Assembly: GCF_009834535.1 (NCBI RefSeq)
Contig: NC_045696.1
Location: forward strand, 65,598,001 to 65,662,000
Length of the DNA: 64,000 nucleotides
Reading direction: 5' to 3'
Source: Camelus ferus
Taxonomy: Eukaryota
In this document: piece by piece, positions 13,606 through 26,468 of the stretch
Numbering within the stretch: position 1 is the stretch's first letter
How the letters are laid out: each line of letters opens with the position of its first letter
The notes under the pieces: generated by a model
Seen by the model: the letters and a program-made list of their open reading frames with translations, nothing else
Told to the model about the DNA's origin: nothing
The model's database searches: none
Translations under genes and position numbers: made by a program

Positions 13606-14328
13606 AGTAGAGCTTAGAGAAGGAAAGGTCAGAAAGACATCTGCAACTTTTCATGTCAAAACAAGAACTGTAAAAAAAAATTAGGAAATTTTTAATACTC
13701 CAAACTTTTTATTATTTTAATTATTAACACAGATTTTTGCAAATATTTGGCATTTATAAAGATGTAGAACAAAATCTCTCCTGTTTGCGCTTGTTGTTTC
13801 CCAAAAATGTGCTCAGACAGCATTAAAGCGTGGGACAAGATGAAGTTAAGTTCGTCAGATATACAATCATGCTGTGGAATGTGTTGTATAGTTCTATATA
13901 CCATCTGGAAGGCATAAGTATTCTGAAATTTGGAAAGTTATGGTCAGTTTGGTACAGTGGGTTCTGTCATATAAGAATAAAGACAAATGTTTTCAAATTT
14001 CTCACCCTACCCAAGCAGGAGGTCTCTCCCTGGGTTCTCAGTGTCTGGAAGAGGTAAGCATGGGATGCAAACTTGTGCACATACTGTGGACCATGCTGTG
14101 GGCGCTACACAGAGGACCTCAATCAACTTTCAGGACAAGTCTGCATGGGAGCCATTGCACACACATCTTAGAGTCAATCAGTGAAGTGAGTGACCTGTCC
14201 AAGTTTACACAGTCAAGTGGTAGAGAGGGCGCAAACTCAACTGGGCTTCAAAGCCAGTGCTCTTACCTACTATCTGTGCTCTGCTCGTCAGGTGTGCATT
14301 TTTGTCAGCAGCATTATTTGCATTCAAG

Positions 14329-14331
<3 letters not shown>

Positions 14332-14363
<32 letters not shown>

Positions 14364-14373
14364 CACACACACA
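14332..14373. repeat. (CA)n microsatellite, about 20 units with one interruption
   Basis: Directly visible. Confidence 0.95.
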
Positions 14374-15149
14374 CCCCTTACACTTTCAAATGGTACATGG
14401 CATATATTTTTATACTTTCATACATTTTTATACACATATAATTAATATGACCCTAACAAATAATGTGGCATTTTTCTTGTTTTTCTTTTCAAACCATTTG
14501 TTTACAAATATTAGAAATTAAGTAAGTGTTTTCCTTTCATTATCCACTGGCATTTAGAACATTTACCTTTAAAAAGCAACATAAGACTTGGCAGGAGGAG
14601 TGAAGACAAAGCAATCTGACTCCAGGATTAAGAAAGTTTAACTTAAAGAAGTCACTTAGGCCCAAGAAAACAGAATTGGGTAATCAAGATGGCAGGGTTT
14701 ATTTTTCACTCTTTTATTATCCTCATTAGGTGACCGGACACCAAAGACACAAGGCAAGTGGTACTGTCAAAAACAACTCACCATCAGCTCACCTTCAGGG
14801 GAAGATGCTGAAGTGAAACAGAGCACAGGACACCAACAAACTGTGTCGGACCCCCACAGATAAGCAAATCAATCTAGAAGGCCCTGTGCTCTCTTGGTGC
14901 GCTCTGTTCCCTTTTTGGTTACGTGGGGAACAAACGCTGGCTTACTGGGTGGGTGCAGGGCTCCTACCACATTACTTGTTGCGCTAGAGAGAGTTGTTTC
15001 AAAATTAAGAGTATTCACATCCAAAGTCAGAAAAATCTTGTTAACCAGTATTTGTTTTATAGTTTTTGATGTATTAGGATTACCTGTTTTCAACCGTTCT
15101 TATGAAATAACTTATATTTGTGATAAAGCCAAAGATGCTTCAGAATTCA

Positions 15150-15395
15150 CTCAAAATCACTTCTTCAGGAAACCCTCCCAGATACCCAGAAGAGATTAAG
15201 TGTCTCCTTATACTCTTACAACAGCCTCTACTTTTCACCCACAGCATTTAACACAATCATAATGGTTATTTGCATAATTATCTGTTTAGATTATACATTT
15301 CATAAGAGCAGTAAACAGTTCTTGTTGACTGCTGCTTACTTCAGTTCTGAGCAGTTATTAGGGTGCTCACTAAATATTTCACAAATGGATAAGTG
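15150..15395 (+). mobile_element. L2 3' end fragment
   Basis: tcacttcttcaggaaaccctccc...gtgctcactaaatatt...aatggataagtgg resembles an L2 terminus. Confidence 0.5.
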
Positions 15396-17443
15396 GAGAC
15401 TAATGTATTTCATATTCATAAGAATACTGTAGGAGCAAAGTGAGATTTATAAAATCTTTAAGTTTTTCTAAGGGAAAAAAACAAATAAAATACCAAGTAG
15501 TATTATTAATATACTATCCTATAGTTAAAACAATTTGGAACTTGGGTTGAAACTTCTTCCAGTTACAAAGAATTGGAATTAATTTAGTTTGCCAACTAGC
15601 ACTGTTTCCTTAGAGAGAGTAGAAATCTTATACTTTTAACCATGATGACTACAAGCTCCACACGAGCGTCTGTTCCCCTCTACTTCAGTTATCACTGCAC
15701 TGAAGTCATCATCTTAATCCTCCTAGGAGGCTCCATGTTTGTCAGTCCTTGAAACCACCTCTTTCTGAACAAATGGCTAAGGAAATGTCCCCCATGATTA
15801 AGTGTGAAAGAGGATACCATGGACCCTAATCCAGAAGCACACATTCTAGTATTAGCTGTATAGGATATTTATAATAAGGTGATGGGCTTTAAGTTTTAAC
15901 TATGAAAATATACATTTCATAAAATTCTTATTCGTTTATACTTTGCCATACAGATAATCTTACTGTAAATGACACGTAAATACAAATATTCCTCTCAAGT
16001 CAAAAAAGACTTCAAGTCATAGGCCATTTTTCACTCATTTACAAGAGCCATTTTTAACACAGGATCATTTGATTATTCATTCTTTCAATATATCAAATAA
16101 TTTTTAGAGTACTTATTACATTACAAAAACTTGTTTTCAACTTTAATAAATCTTTTAAATAGACATTTCAGACTGTTCTACTGTATCTGCTGTCAAAGTT
16201 ATTAGTGTTCTAAAAAGCCCAAGGACTTCGAAAACTGCAAAATAACTCTAAAGATGATTTTAAATCCCTTGATTAAAAAAAGCATAATAAGCCACACCTA
16301 CTTACCTACTGAAAACAGACGAGTTACTTATTTACTTGGATACTGTAGGGATATAAACAAAGCTAAACTACGTACTTCTAAAATCTGCTTTAGAAGACAT
16401 TTGGTACATGCTTAACTAAAAGCCATAACAACCAATTTTACGCAATTAGACAGATTACACTCCTGTTGCCCTAAAAGCTTTTCAACCTGATATAATTTTC
16501 TGAAAGGTATTTATCTTCTGAAAGCACGTGGGTTTAAAAATCGAGTATGGTTTTTAAGGACACTAAATATATTCACTTTTAAGGAAACAAGTCCAGCAGT
16601 TTAAGTGTGAGCAGTGAGTGGCAAGGACAAGTGTACAGTTTTCAGTGTGATAAAAGTTATGTTTTAACAATTAATTAATATATTATTAATAATCATGTCC
16701 AAAATACAAGGTTTTAATAATTTAGAGTTTTCAAAATGTTAGATTTAGTGTCATTTTTGTCTTTTTCTATTTAATGTTTTATCTTCCTATTCCAATCATA
16801 TTTTCCTTCGAAAAGCAACAGAAAGCAAAAAAGAAAAAATAAAGGTTGTTTCCCCAGGGACTTAAACGTTGACTATTTGAGGTGGAAAAATAGCAGTTGC
16901 TCCATAACCGTGACCCAAGATTGCCTGAGGGACGTCAGAAAGCACACGCAGCACAGCCACAGCTGTTAGATCTAGTGGGGCGCTGAATGGTCTGCAAGAC
17001 TCAAATGGCAATTTGCCTAGGACACTGAGACTCACACAGAAGTGAATTTAGGCATGTGTAATGTCATGCACACACCAATATGACCATGGAACTCAGTAAC
17101 TATTTAAAACCTGAGATTCTACATAGGAAAATGGTTAATCCCGTCCCTTCTTAGCTGAGGGCAGTCAACTGAGTGAATCCAGAGACAAGAACTGGTCCTA
17201 ACAAAAAGGACATCTTTCCTTTTACAGCCCAGCTTCTGTAAAATTCCCCATCTTCCTGATTTGACCTGTTCAACCCAATCTAAAGCTGGAAACCAAGTTT
17301 AAAAATAAGCCTGCAAGACTTGATACCACCTCACGATGCAGATTTCTTGATCTCCTCTCCAAAGCACACACACGCTTCTCGGAACCAACAGCTCCTTACC
17401 CCAAAAGCAAGTTCCTCACTCTCCTTTTCGGGTGTCATCTTAC

Positions 17444-17523
17444 CGTGCTGGCCTGTCATTCTTAGAACGGTGAGGTTCATCGCTCTCTTTTGACTTCGAG
17501 TGTGCTGATTTAGCTGTTTTGGG
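17444..17523 (-). CDS. CCDC50: CCDC50 exon 10 (80 nt, phase 0-2): PKTAKSAHSKSKESDEPHRSKNDRPAR
   Basis: Long pyrimidine tract, then ccatag|CCCAAAACA...CCAGCACG|gtaaga. Confidence 0.95.
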
Positions 17524-19309
17524 CTATGGAAAGAAGGAAGAAAAAAAGAAAAGAAAAACACACACACATACAGAAAATAGCAAAGAAAAAGATTAGATTT
17601 AGAAATTATCTTAATGATGCCAAATTCTCCTTTAGTAATTTCAAGTTACTGACATCCAGTTGAGCACCATATAATATTTTTAAATACAGTCACTCAGAGA
17701 CAAAAAAAAAAAAAAAAAAAAAAATGACAGCCACGAAGGTGTGTTGCAGGCTGTCGGTGCAGCCAGACGAGTGGGCTAAACACACAGGAACATGCTCCCC
17801 ACAGAGATGCGCGTGGCCGTTATTAACGCAGCAGCTCCGCAGCCGCTGCCAGGGACTGGTGGCCTCCCAGAGTCTACGGAGTCTAGCGTCATGCTCTTAA
17901 ACTTGTTTCTGAGCACTTGACTTAGGGATGATGATTTTCAAGCCCAGAAACTAAGACATATTCAGGCCAACTTTTCCAGGAGAGAAACTATTCCAGAACC
18001 AGCTAGAGAATCTAAAAATTACAGAAATCCTGATACTTGCTAGAAATGTGGCCTTCCCCCTTTCCTTTCCAGGTTCGTAATCCTTAAAAACACCTACTCC
18101 ATCACAGCTGAGTTAACAAAGAACTAGGTAGCCCCTGGGCAGTAACTTGTGGCTTAATTTACGTAACAGAAGCATTTGGGACCCTTCTACTAAGATGAAG
18201 TATGTTTGTTAGGAAAAATCCTGAATAACTAGAGGGTGAAAGAGAGAAAAATAACTGATAAATAATAATTAACATGGAAATAATACTTTAATTTGCTTTT
18301 AGACTGACAACTGGGTAAGTGAGAAACCGTAAACAGTGGAGCAGTACTATTCCCAGGCTTTCAGTGTCTTCATTTGCCTCACAACATATGCTGAGCTTGT
18401 GACAGGACCAGAGACCCAAAGGACAGAGGGAGGGGGAGAGGGAGGGCAGGCGGGGAGGAGAACAGAGCTAAACATCCATAATACCGTGGACCCACACCCT
18501 GGTTGCATCCTCCCAGGCCTAACATAAGCTCCCTCCCTAAGAGCCTTTACTGTGTGAATTCCCACTCCTCCTCTGTTGTTCTTCCATTGGGCATTTTTCA
18601 GCCGGCCTGACCTTAGCTGCCAACAGCCTGTCTTCCTCTCTACATTATACATTATTATGGGGAAAATCTATCTTTGTCTTTCCCTAAGTCCAGAGTGCTG
18701 CTCTGCAAACAGTAACTGATACGTAGGATCTGTTACACTCAACTTGCATATGACCACATACAACAGCTAGTTACAGCAGAACGAACTGCAGTCACTATTT
18801 TGTCCACTATTTCTAATCGACAAGGGGAAGGTGACGTTTCAAGCTCATGCCAGACGGCTTCGTAAGCAACGGTTGCTGGTGGCAAGAACAGCTGTCAGTC
18901 TGCCATGGATCAAGAGATGTCAGAGGAGAGACAAGCTGGTCCTGACCCAGGAGGAAGGGCCACCAGCAAACAGGGAGAATGGAGAGAAGGCCACCGCGGA
19001 GACCTACGAGCACGCGCAAGCACGCTGTTCTCCTGCAGGGAGAGCACGGTACAGTCCAAGAAGGCTCATGGCCAGAGGCGCTTGCCTCTCGGTTGGCCTT
19101 AAAATGGAGGGAAGGAAGTTTTCACCTTAGCAGTAACTTTTCACATAGTTACTTTCAAGAATTCGGTATCATTTTTCACAATGAAACAACTTTTACAAGT
19201 TAGATTCACCTTGGCAACACAGATCATTTGTGAGCTTGCCCTAAAAGAGGACTCCCCATTTCAGGTCTAATTTTATTTCTAGTTAAACAAACAAACAAAC
19301 AGACCCTAC

Positions 19310-19414
19310 CTTCCACTCGGGGTCATGCTTCCTTTTGTCCAGCGATGATTTCTCCCGCTCTCTGGCTTTCTTGTAAGCTTTCTTTTCTTCAGCCATTAGA
19401 AGTCTAGCGATTTC
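19310..19414 (-). CDS. CCDC50: CCDC50 exon 9 (105 nt, phase 0-0): [35 protein letters not shown]
   Basis: gtttag|GAAATCGCT...GAGTGGAAG|gtaggg; intron 8 is only 106 nt. Confidence 0.96.
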
Positions 19415-19520
19415 CTAAACAAAACCCAGTCAGTGTCACCGACTGCAGGCTTACAGGTGGAAAATTACTGGGATGCTTTGAAAGAATACCAGCTGAACAA
19501 ATGAACAAACATGAACTCAC

Positions 19521-19565
19521 CTCATCCTGAGCCACCTGAGCTGCTCTCATGTCCACCTGGGTAGC
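19521..19565 (-). CDS. CCDC50: CCDC50 exon 8 (45 nt, phase 0-0): ATQVDMRAAQVAQDE
   Basis: ccatag|GCTACCCAG...CAGGATGAG|gtgagt. Confidence 0.96.
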
Positions 19566-20002
19566 CTATGGTACAGAAAATACAAAAAAAAAAAAGTATA
19601 ATTTAGTTGGACTCTACATTGTCCATTAAAAAAAAATCTTACATAAAAATAAACTGGTATTTGAAACTAGTTGTGATTAACATCCCTGAAGTTGATAATC
19701 GGTGGGTATACTTTCATTAGCCAGAGCGGGGTCTCTTTTTATCAAATCCAGCAGCAGACTCTCAGAGAATTATCAGAACTCAATAATGGAGAACCAGGGA
19801 TATGGAGTTCTGTGGTTAACGTTGACTCAGTAACTAAAACTGGACCCTCGATTCCTGGTATCTTGATTTTTTCACCATTAAAAAAAGGTATCAGTTTCTC
19901 AACAAGACAGAGGACTGTAAAGCTCAGTAAATAATGCAAGATTGATTCAATTCACAAAAAACCTATGGATTCACCTAAAATTTTGCATTAAAGTTTGCTC
20001 AC

Positions 20003-20118
20003 CAAAATTTCTTCTTCTTGCAGTTTTCTGGCAATTTCAGCATCATACCATTCCTGATCCCTGTGGGTCGCCCGTGACGGAGTAGAGACAGCGTCTTTCA
20101 TCACTCTGGGCTTCATCC
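20003..20118 (-). CDS. CCDC50: CCDC50 exon 7 (116 nt, phase 1-0): [39 protein letters not shown]
   Basis: tcctag|GGATGAAGCCC...ATTTTG|gtgagc; visible within ORF 19988..20173. Confidence 0.97.
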
Positions 20119-21509
20119 CTAGGAAAAACTCAGTGTAATAAGGCAACGGAGTGTGTTTTCTGAAAAGCTGCAAAATTTAAGATAAGGAAGTATTTAACAG
20201 TGAAAAACTGCAGTCCAAAATTCAGTGTTGGGTGGGCTGGAAATAATTCTCCCCTAGCCATGTAAGTAGTGATGCAGATAATCCAGACATTTAGACAAAG
20301 TCTGCCTGGTAATAACTTCCCCTCACACAGCTTCTCCAACAGGAGAAAATCATATAAGGAACTGTAAGAAAGGCTTTTGCAAAAGAAGTGAAAAAGATTA
20401 AGTCCCTGAAATAAAAAGAATTTAGAGAAAAGAAAGTTAGATGGAGTCTTAAAGAGACTGTCAAGGCTGGAGGAGATGAGAGGCTTTCCTCTCGCTGACT
20501 CAGCCCCGCACACCTTGCTTCAGAGGGACACACAGCACCACTGGGGAGCTCTTGACGGTACTTATTAACCACCCAGGGGCCCCGGTTTCGTAGTTTGTTT
20601 TAAATCTTATTAGTTGACTCTCAATTGCGGTAACGATTGGTACTACTAGTTTCATGTATTATGTCCATCAAAATAACTGTATGTGAAAACATTTTTCATC
20701 AGAATGTTTCACGACACGATTCACTTGCTTTAAACAGAAGAGGAAAAAGGAGAGAAAAGAAAATACATCTAAATTCTGGGCAAATGAAGAGTTTAGGTTA
20801 TCTGGTGAAGCCTCCCTTTGTAGAGCTTTAAACCCAGTTGTGTGGTTAAATCCAAAAGCCACAGACTCATCTGCTTTACCCACAAATGCAGACTATTAAA
20901 CCTGACTTTCTTAGCTGCAGGCCTATTGGCACCTGATCACCCAGAATACGGAATCCACTTCATACCATCTCTAGAGCCACTGAATCTTAACACTGAGCAG
21001 GGCTGGTTTTAACCCAGCTCTCTGAGTGGTCTGGGACAGTCAGGAAACAGTGGCATACTCCCAAGAGTGGATAAACTGCCTTGGGTTATGATCAGCTTGG
21101 TCACAATTAGAAAGGAAGATTTCAGGGAAAAACACATGAAATCAGGTAGGAAAGCTGGCACTGGGCAAAGTCAGTGGACAAGACAGGTTGCTATACCACA
21201 TGCCTATCTACAGAAAAATGACAATTCCATGAGCAGCCAAAGTGTAACTGAGGACTATAGGAGAGATCACAATTTTGCCTTGCTCCTCCAATTATGCCAT
21301 CTGGTAAAAGAAAGAGTGGAATGTGCCCAGATTTCAAGAACTAAACTTTTCCCACTATTATGCCTCCTCTCCACACCACAGAATTAACTGAGAAAATGCT
21401 TTGTTTTAGTATCTATCAAAGATGCTTGGAAGGCATTCAAATGAAACGGTCAAATGAAGAGACTTAATTGGTTTGACAGGGTGATAAGATTATGAACTCT
21501 TGGCAGCTA

Positions 21510-23090
21510 AAAAGAGAATGATACGTGGATCAATGGAACAAAACAGCGAGCCCAGAAATAAGCCCGTGTATATATGGTCAATTAATTTCTGGCAAAGAAG
21601 ACAAGAATATACAATGGAGAAATCCATCTCTTCAATAAATGCTACTGGGACAACTGGACAGCCACATACAAAAGAATGAAATTTGACCACTAATTTATGT
21701 CATATGCAACAATGAACTCAAAGTGGATTAAAGACTTGAAACAATAAAACAGCTAAAAGAAAATATAGGCACTAAGCTCCTTGATACTGGTCCTGGAGAT
21801 AATTTTTTTTGGACTTGACATCTAAAGCAAAGGCAACAAAAACAAAAAGAAGCAAGTGGGACAACATCAAACTAAAAAGCTTATGCACAGCAAAGGAAAC
21901 CATCAACAAAATAAAAAGGCAACTTACAGAATGGGAGAAAATATTTGCTCATTATTTATCTGATAAGGGGTTAACATCGGAAATATGTAAAGAACTCATA
22001 CAATTCACCAGCAAAAAAAGCAAACAAAAAAAACAACCCAAATAATCTGATTGAAAAATGGGCAGAGAATTTCAACAGACATTTTTCCAAAGAGGACATA
22101 CAGCTCGCCAACAGGGATATGAAATGGTGCTCAACATCACTAATCATCAGGGAAATGCAAATTAAAACCACAATGTGGTATCATGGTTCACACCTATTAC
22201 AATAACTATTTTTAAAAAGACAAAAAATAATAAGTGTAGGCAAGGATGTGAAGAAAAGGAAACTCCTCTACACTGTTGGTGGGAATGTAAATTGATGCAG
22301 CCACTATGAAAAACACTATGAAAGTTCCTCAAAAAATTTAAAAAATATAATTACCATAAGATCCAGTCATTTCACTTCTGGGTATTTATCTGAAGAAAAT
22401 GAAAACACTAACTCAAAATGATACATGCACCCTGTGTTCACTGCATCATTATTTATAATAGCCAAAACATGGAAACAACCTAAGTGTCCACTGATGGATG
22501 AATAAAGAAAATGTAGCATAAAATATATATATAATATATGTATACACACACACACACACACATATACATACAATGGAATGTTATTCAGCCATAAAAAAAT
22601 TAAAACTTGCCGTGTGTGACAACAGGGTTGGACTTGGAAGGAATCATGCTAAGTGAAATAAGTCAGACAAAGGCAAATACCATTTGATTTCACTTATATG
22701 TAGAATCTAAAACAAAACAAAATGAAAAAACCAAAAACACCCTGAGCTCAGAGATATAGAGAACAGATTTATGGTGGTTAGAGGAGGGGGTGGGGGCAGG
22801 CAAAATGGGTAAAGGGAGTCATAACGTACAAACTTCCAGTTAAAAAATAAGTAAGTCATGAGGATGCATTGTATTATAAGACCAAGTATCACACTGTGTA
22901 TCTGAAAGTTGCTAAGAGAATAGATCGTAAAAGTTCTCATCACAAGGAAAAAAATGTGTAATTATGTGTGGTGATGGATGTTAACTAGACTTACTGTAGT
23001 GATCATTTTGCAATATACACCAATATCAAATTAATATGTTACATATTTGAAACTAATATGTTATAGTCAACTGTAACCCAATATAAATTA
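21510..23090 (+). mobile_element. 5'-truncated LINE-1 (ORF2 3' end plus 3' UTR, L1MA9-like), antisense to CCDC50, in intron 6
   Basis: ORF 21809..22045 ([32 protein letters not shown]) is the L1 ORF2 C-terminal region; 3' UTR motifs gtacaaacttccagtt, aaagttgctaagaga. Confidence 0.92.
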
Positions 23091-25264
23091 ACAGTTAAAA
23101 TTAGAGTAATATCTGCCTACGTCCCAAATATTTAGAAGGAAAAAGAAGAGTTTATCTGAAATCTGGACATAGCTTTGAAACTTGCATGTCTCGTAAGCAG
23201 AGAATCTCTATAGCCTGGAATATCAGATTTCTGGACTGACAGGGCTGCCCACTAAACGCACTATCCTTCGTACCATAGGTGAAAAGAGCTTTCAGAAGTG
23301 TCTAAGAAGGAACTTCAGTTAGTGCAGTGTAGGGCTGTCATTACAGAAAAGAGATGCTTTAAAATGGTACTAAATATAGTTAACTGAAAGAAATTAATGA
23401 AAGTGGCTGTCTTCATTTTGGTGACCTAAACATAATCTGGAAACTAGCTTTCAGAGAACCAGGTGAGCCATATTTTCAACAGTTCCACGTTCATTTCTTA
23501 ATAGAATTCTTACTTGTATTTTTCTGTTCATCATTCTTCAGTTTGAGGACACAAGAATCCAACCCCCACCAATAAACACAAAGGAAAGCTTACCTTTAAA
23601 GAAATTCTGATAAAGTAAGATAAAAGTGTTGAAAGTACTGATATTCAAGATAAGCTTATTCCAAGCTTGGAACAGGGTAAAATGACACATGGATCCTTTA
23701 ATAATCATAAAAGAGTATTTCGTAAAAAGCCAGCCTGACACGAGCGGAATGTCATAGCAGAATAGTGTTTTATGGTTCTGAGAGGCTGGAAGTTAACCTA
23801 CAGAAAGTTAATAAGCTTGTTACAATTTAATAGCTCAATAGAGATGTTACCCTCAAAGGTGGCATGGTATTACTGCCCTTTAGAAAATTAATCAATCTTA
23901 CATTTAATTTAGCAATTTCATTTTGTATCCCTTTTTCAACTGATTATAAAACCCTGTCCTGAAAAATCAATGCTCTTACAACTAGCTCTTTCCTTATTAA
24001 TAAGTTAAATAAAACTTTGGCTTATGCTAACAACTTTAAGAATTGTGCATTTACAACAGCAAGGACAGGCACTGAGTAACTATATTTTAATGTAATCCCC
24101 TTACCTATGGGGGTGGAGGTAACAAAATCAAATGCCTACAGGCCTACGTGGGTAAAATTTGCAAAGTAAGTTGGATATAAAATTACAGACACCAGCAGCT
24201 CTGTTGTAACCATTTTAGTACCTACCTAGTCACACTGGTTTTTAAACCTTATGCTATTAAAATAAAAGAAGCAAAACATTTGCCTACAACTCCAGTAGTA
24301 GGGTCTGTGAGTCAGTGTTTGTTTCATAAGCTTTTCTAAGCCTGTTTAAGATACTCTCAAGCATAACTAAAAGCCATAAAGGTTACCCAGCCCTCAGAGC
24401 ACACGTATGAGGTCAGATTCACAGAATCCGAAATGCAGTGGTAGATGTAATCACCACTCCTCCCCCATGCCTTTTAGACTTCAACAAGTCTTTCTAAATC
24501 TGGATAGAGTGTAATTTACACATAAGGTCAATTCCAGGTAGATTGTATCACTTCCTCCTCTGTTGCTCCACAGTTCTTTGTTCAAAGTGTATCTAATTTG
24601 CAATTGCTTGTTTACATATTCATCTTTTTGGCTTGACTTACAAAGCTTCTGAGGCTCAGATCCAAGCAAAAATCCCCAAACATAAAGCCTGTGAGGCAAG
24701 TGTATTTGTGGCAGAAACCTGATACAGCCTGCTGAACTGAACTTTCATGTTCTTTGTCACCAAGTCATTTATAAGCCTTTAAGGACTAACAGGATAGGGA
24801 GAGACAGCTTGACAGGAAGAACCGACTGAATCAACCTGAACCTGCAACCCAGAACCCACTTTCCAGACCAGAAGTCGAGGCTGGCCGGGCAAAAGCATGG
24901 GGGAAGTAAAAACAGGCGCCTCCTTGGTACTTCCCTTCCCAATGACCCCTGCACCTCTGTAAACCTCCAGTAAGAGCGAGACAGAACCAGGGAGACGAGC
25001 ATGGTCTAACTAGAGTACCGGACGTGCAGCGCTCTGACCTGAGTGGTGCAGCCACATGGAGACCGTCACAGCTGGCGGTTCCCAGACAAGGACAGCGAGA
25101 ACCATCACTGGGTCGGTTCTGGACTTCAGAGTCCAGAAACTTGACGCTTACATCTAACATTTACCTCATTCCTGAACAAGTATCAAGAACTCACCTGATA
25201 CCGGCACTTCAGAACACCAACTGTCGATGAAGAGTTGAAGAAGATTAAAGCCCAGGAAGTCACT

Positions 25265-25445
25265 CAGGGCAACCATTCTCAAACTTTAAGTCCCTAAGAA
25301 CCACCTCCAGGTCTAAAACGAGCCCGAACGCCAGGCACTCCAGAGGCGGCAATGTATGTAGGCTCAGAAATCTGCATTTTTAGGAAGCAGCCCGGCTAAT
25401 TCTGATGAAGACAAGCTGAGGCTCACAAATGGAAGACACACTGTC
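25265..25445. mobile_element. MER5-like hAT-Charlie MITE
   Basis: ttctcaaacttt...gaaatctgcattttta...aattctgatg. Confidence 0.5.
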
Positions 25446-25940
25446 TGAAGAGGTGCCTAGCCAACCTCTCACGTTACAGATGGGAAAGATGAGGTCAAGA
25501 ACACGCAGTCCTTCCGGACCTACTGGTCTTTTAGTTAGGTAAATACTACAAAGGCCATGTCACCAGGCTTCTGGGTTCACAGAATTAAAACCAGAAATTC
25601 AAGAGCATTGATTGGGTATCAGAATCGCCGAGGTATGGTCTTGGCACATTAAGAACTGTATCTGGGACGGGCACCTCCACTGCAATCCAGGGCTGGAGGA
25701 ACCTTGTCAGGAGTCAAGAGTACTCTCTCAGAAGGCAGAAGGGAAAAGGTACGAATATTTTCCTCCTTGAGATCTGAAATTAAGTAAATACCTTTTGTAG
25801 TATTTGGCTCTAGGATTTATTTCAAAGCCATGAGCATAAACCAGAGAGAAAGAACAGGCTGCTTAAGATGCTTAGTAAATACACTTGTTTGTATGTATAT
25901 ACAGGATACCGGGACTTGCAACGAGACTGTCCTTCATTAC

Positions 25941-26468
25941 CTGTGTCGTGGAGCGGGAGCCGCTCCTCACTCTGTGAGAAGGGAGGAGTCCTGGGCCTGC
26001 GCTTCCTTCCTCTGTGCTCACCTCGCCCACGGCCCCTCCCACATACGGCTTCCTTGCAGTGAAGCCCTGCTTTCTGTGAGGACTCGGGAGAAAGGTGGTC
26101 CTGGTGGCGGGACTTCTTTTCCCAATTCCGAGTCTGACGGCTGTGGTTAGCCTCCCAGTCGTCCTGCTCGGTGCTCAGAAACACCTCACCACTGACTCTG
26201 GGAAGAGGGGGTCTCCGCTGCCTCTCGTGGCCGGGCTGGCTCTTGTCGCGCTGCTCAGGGTTCATTTGGGGATTGTCCCTCGCTCTACCCGAGCTAGAGG
26301 ACGACAGAGATCTCTCTGATGAACAAGGCTCTTCTGGTTCTTCCAAGTTCTCCTGGGGGTGTCTGGACTCCTCCTTCCGCTGCTTCGCAGTCTTTCCATC
26401 ACTTTGGAGTCTACAAGGCCTTGAGGCTCCAGAACCCAACTCCCTTGCCCTCCTTGACCGTGGCTGGT
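25941..26468 (-). CDS. CCDC50: CCDC50 exon 6 (528 nt, phase 1-1), cassette exon of the long isoform: DQPRSRRARELGSGASRPCRLQ...RLPLHDT
   Basis: actcag|ACCAGCCACGG...CACGACACAG|gtaatg; open frame (ORF track 25822..26439); resembles the 176-aa insert of the long CCDC50 isoform. Confidence 0.93.

Noticed and set aside
13940..14521. 193-aa + strand ORF
   Set aside because: Runs through a (CA)n microsatellite (HTHT), begins in repeat-like sequence, lies antisense in intron 10 and has no recognisable domain
14775..14990. Two tandem minus-strand donor-like sites (AAG|gtgagc, ATG|gtgagt) in intron 10
   Set aside because: No convincing acceptor or frame-preserving exon could be assigned
16965..16990. 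CTCF-like tctagtggggcgctg (also tggccacctagaggtgg near 39514)
   Set aside because: Core spacing deviates from the consensus
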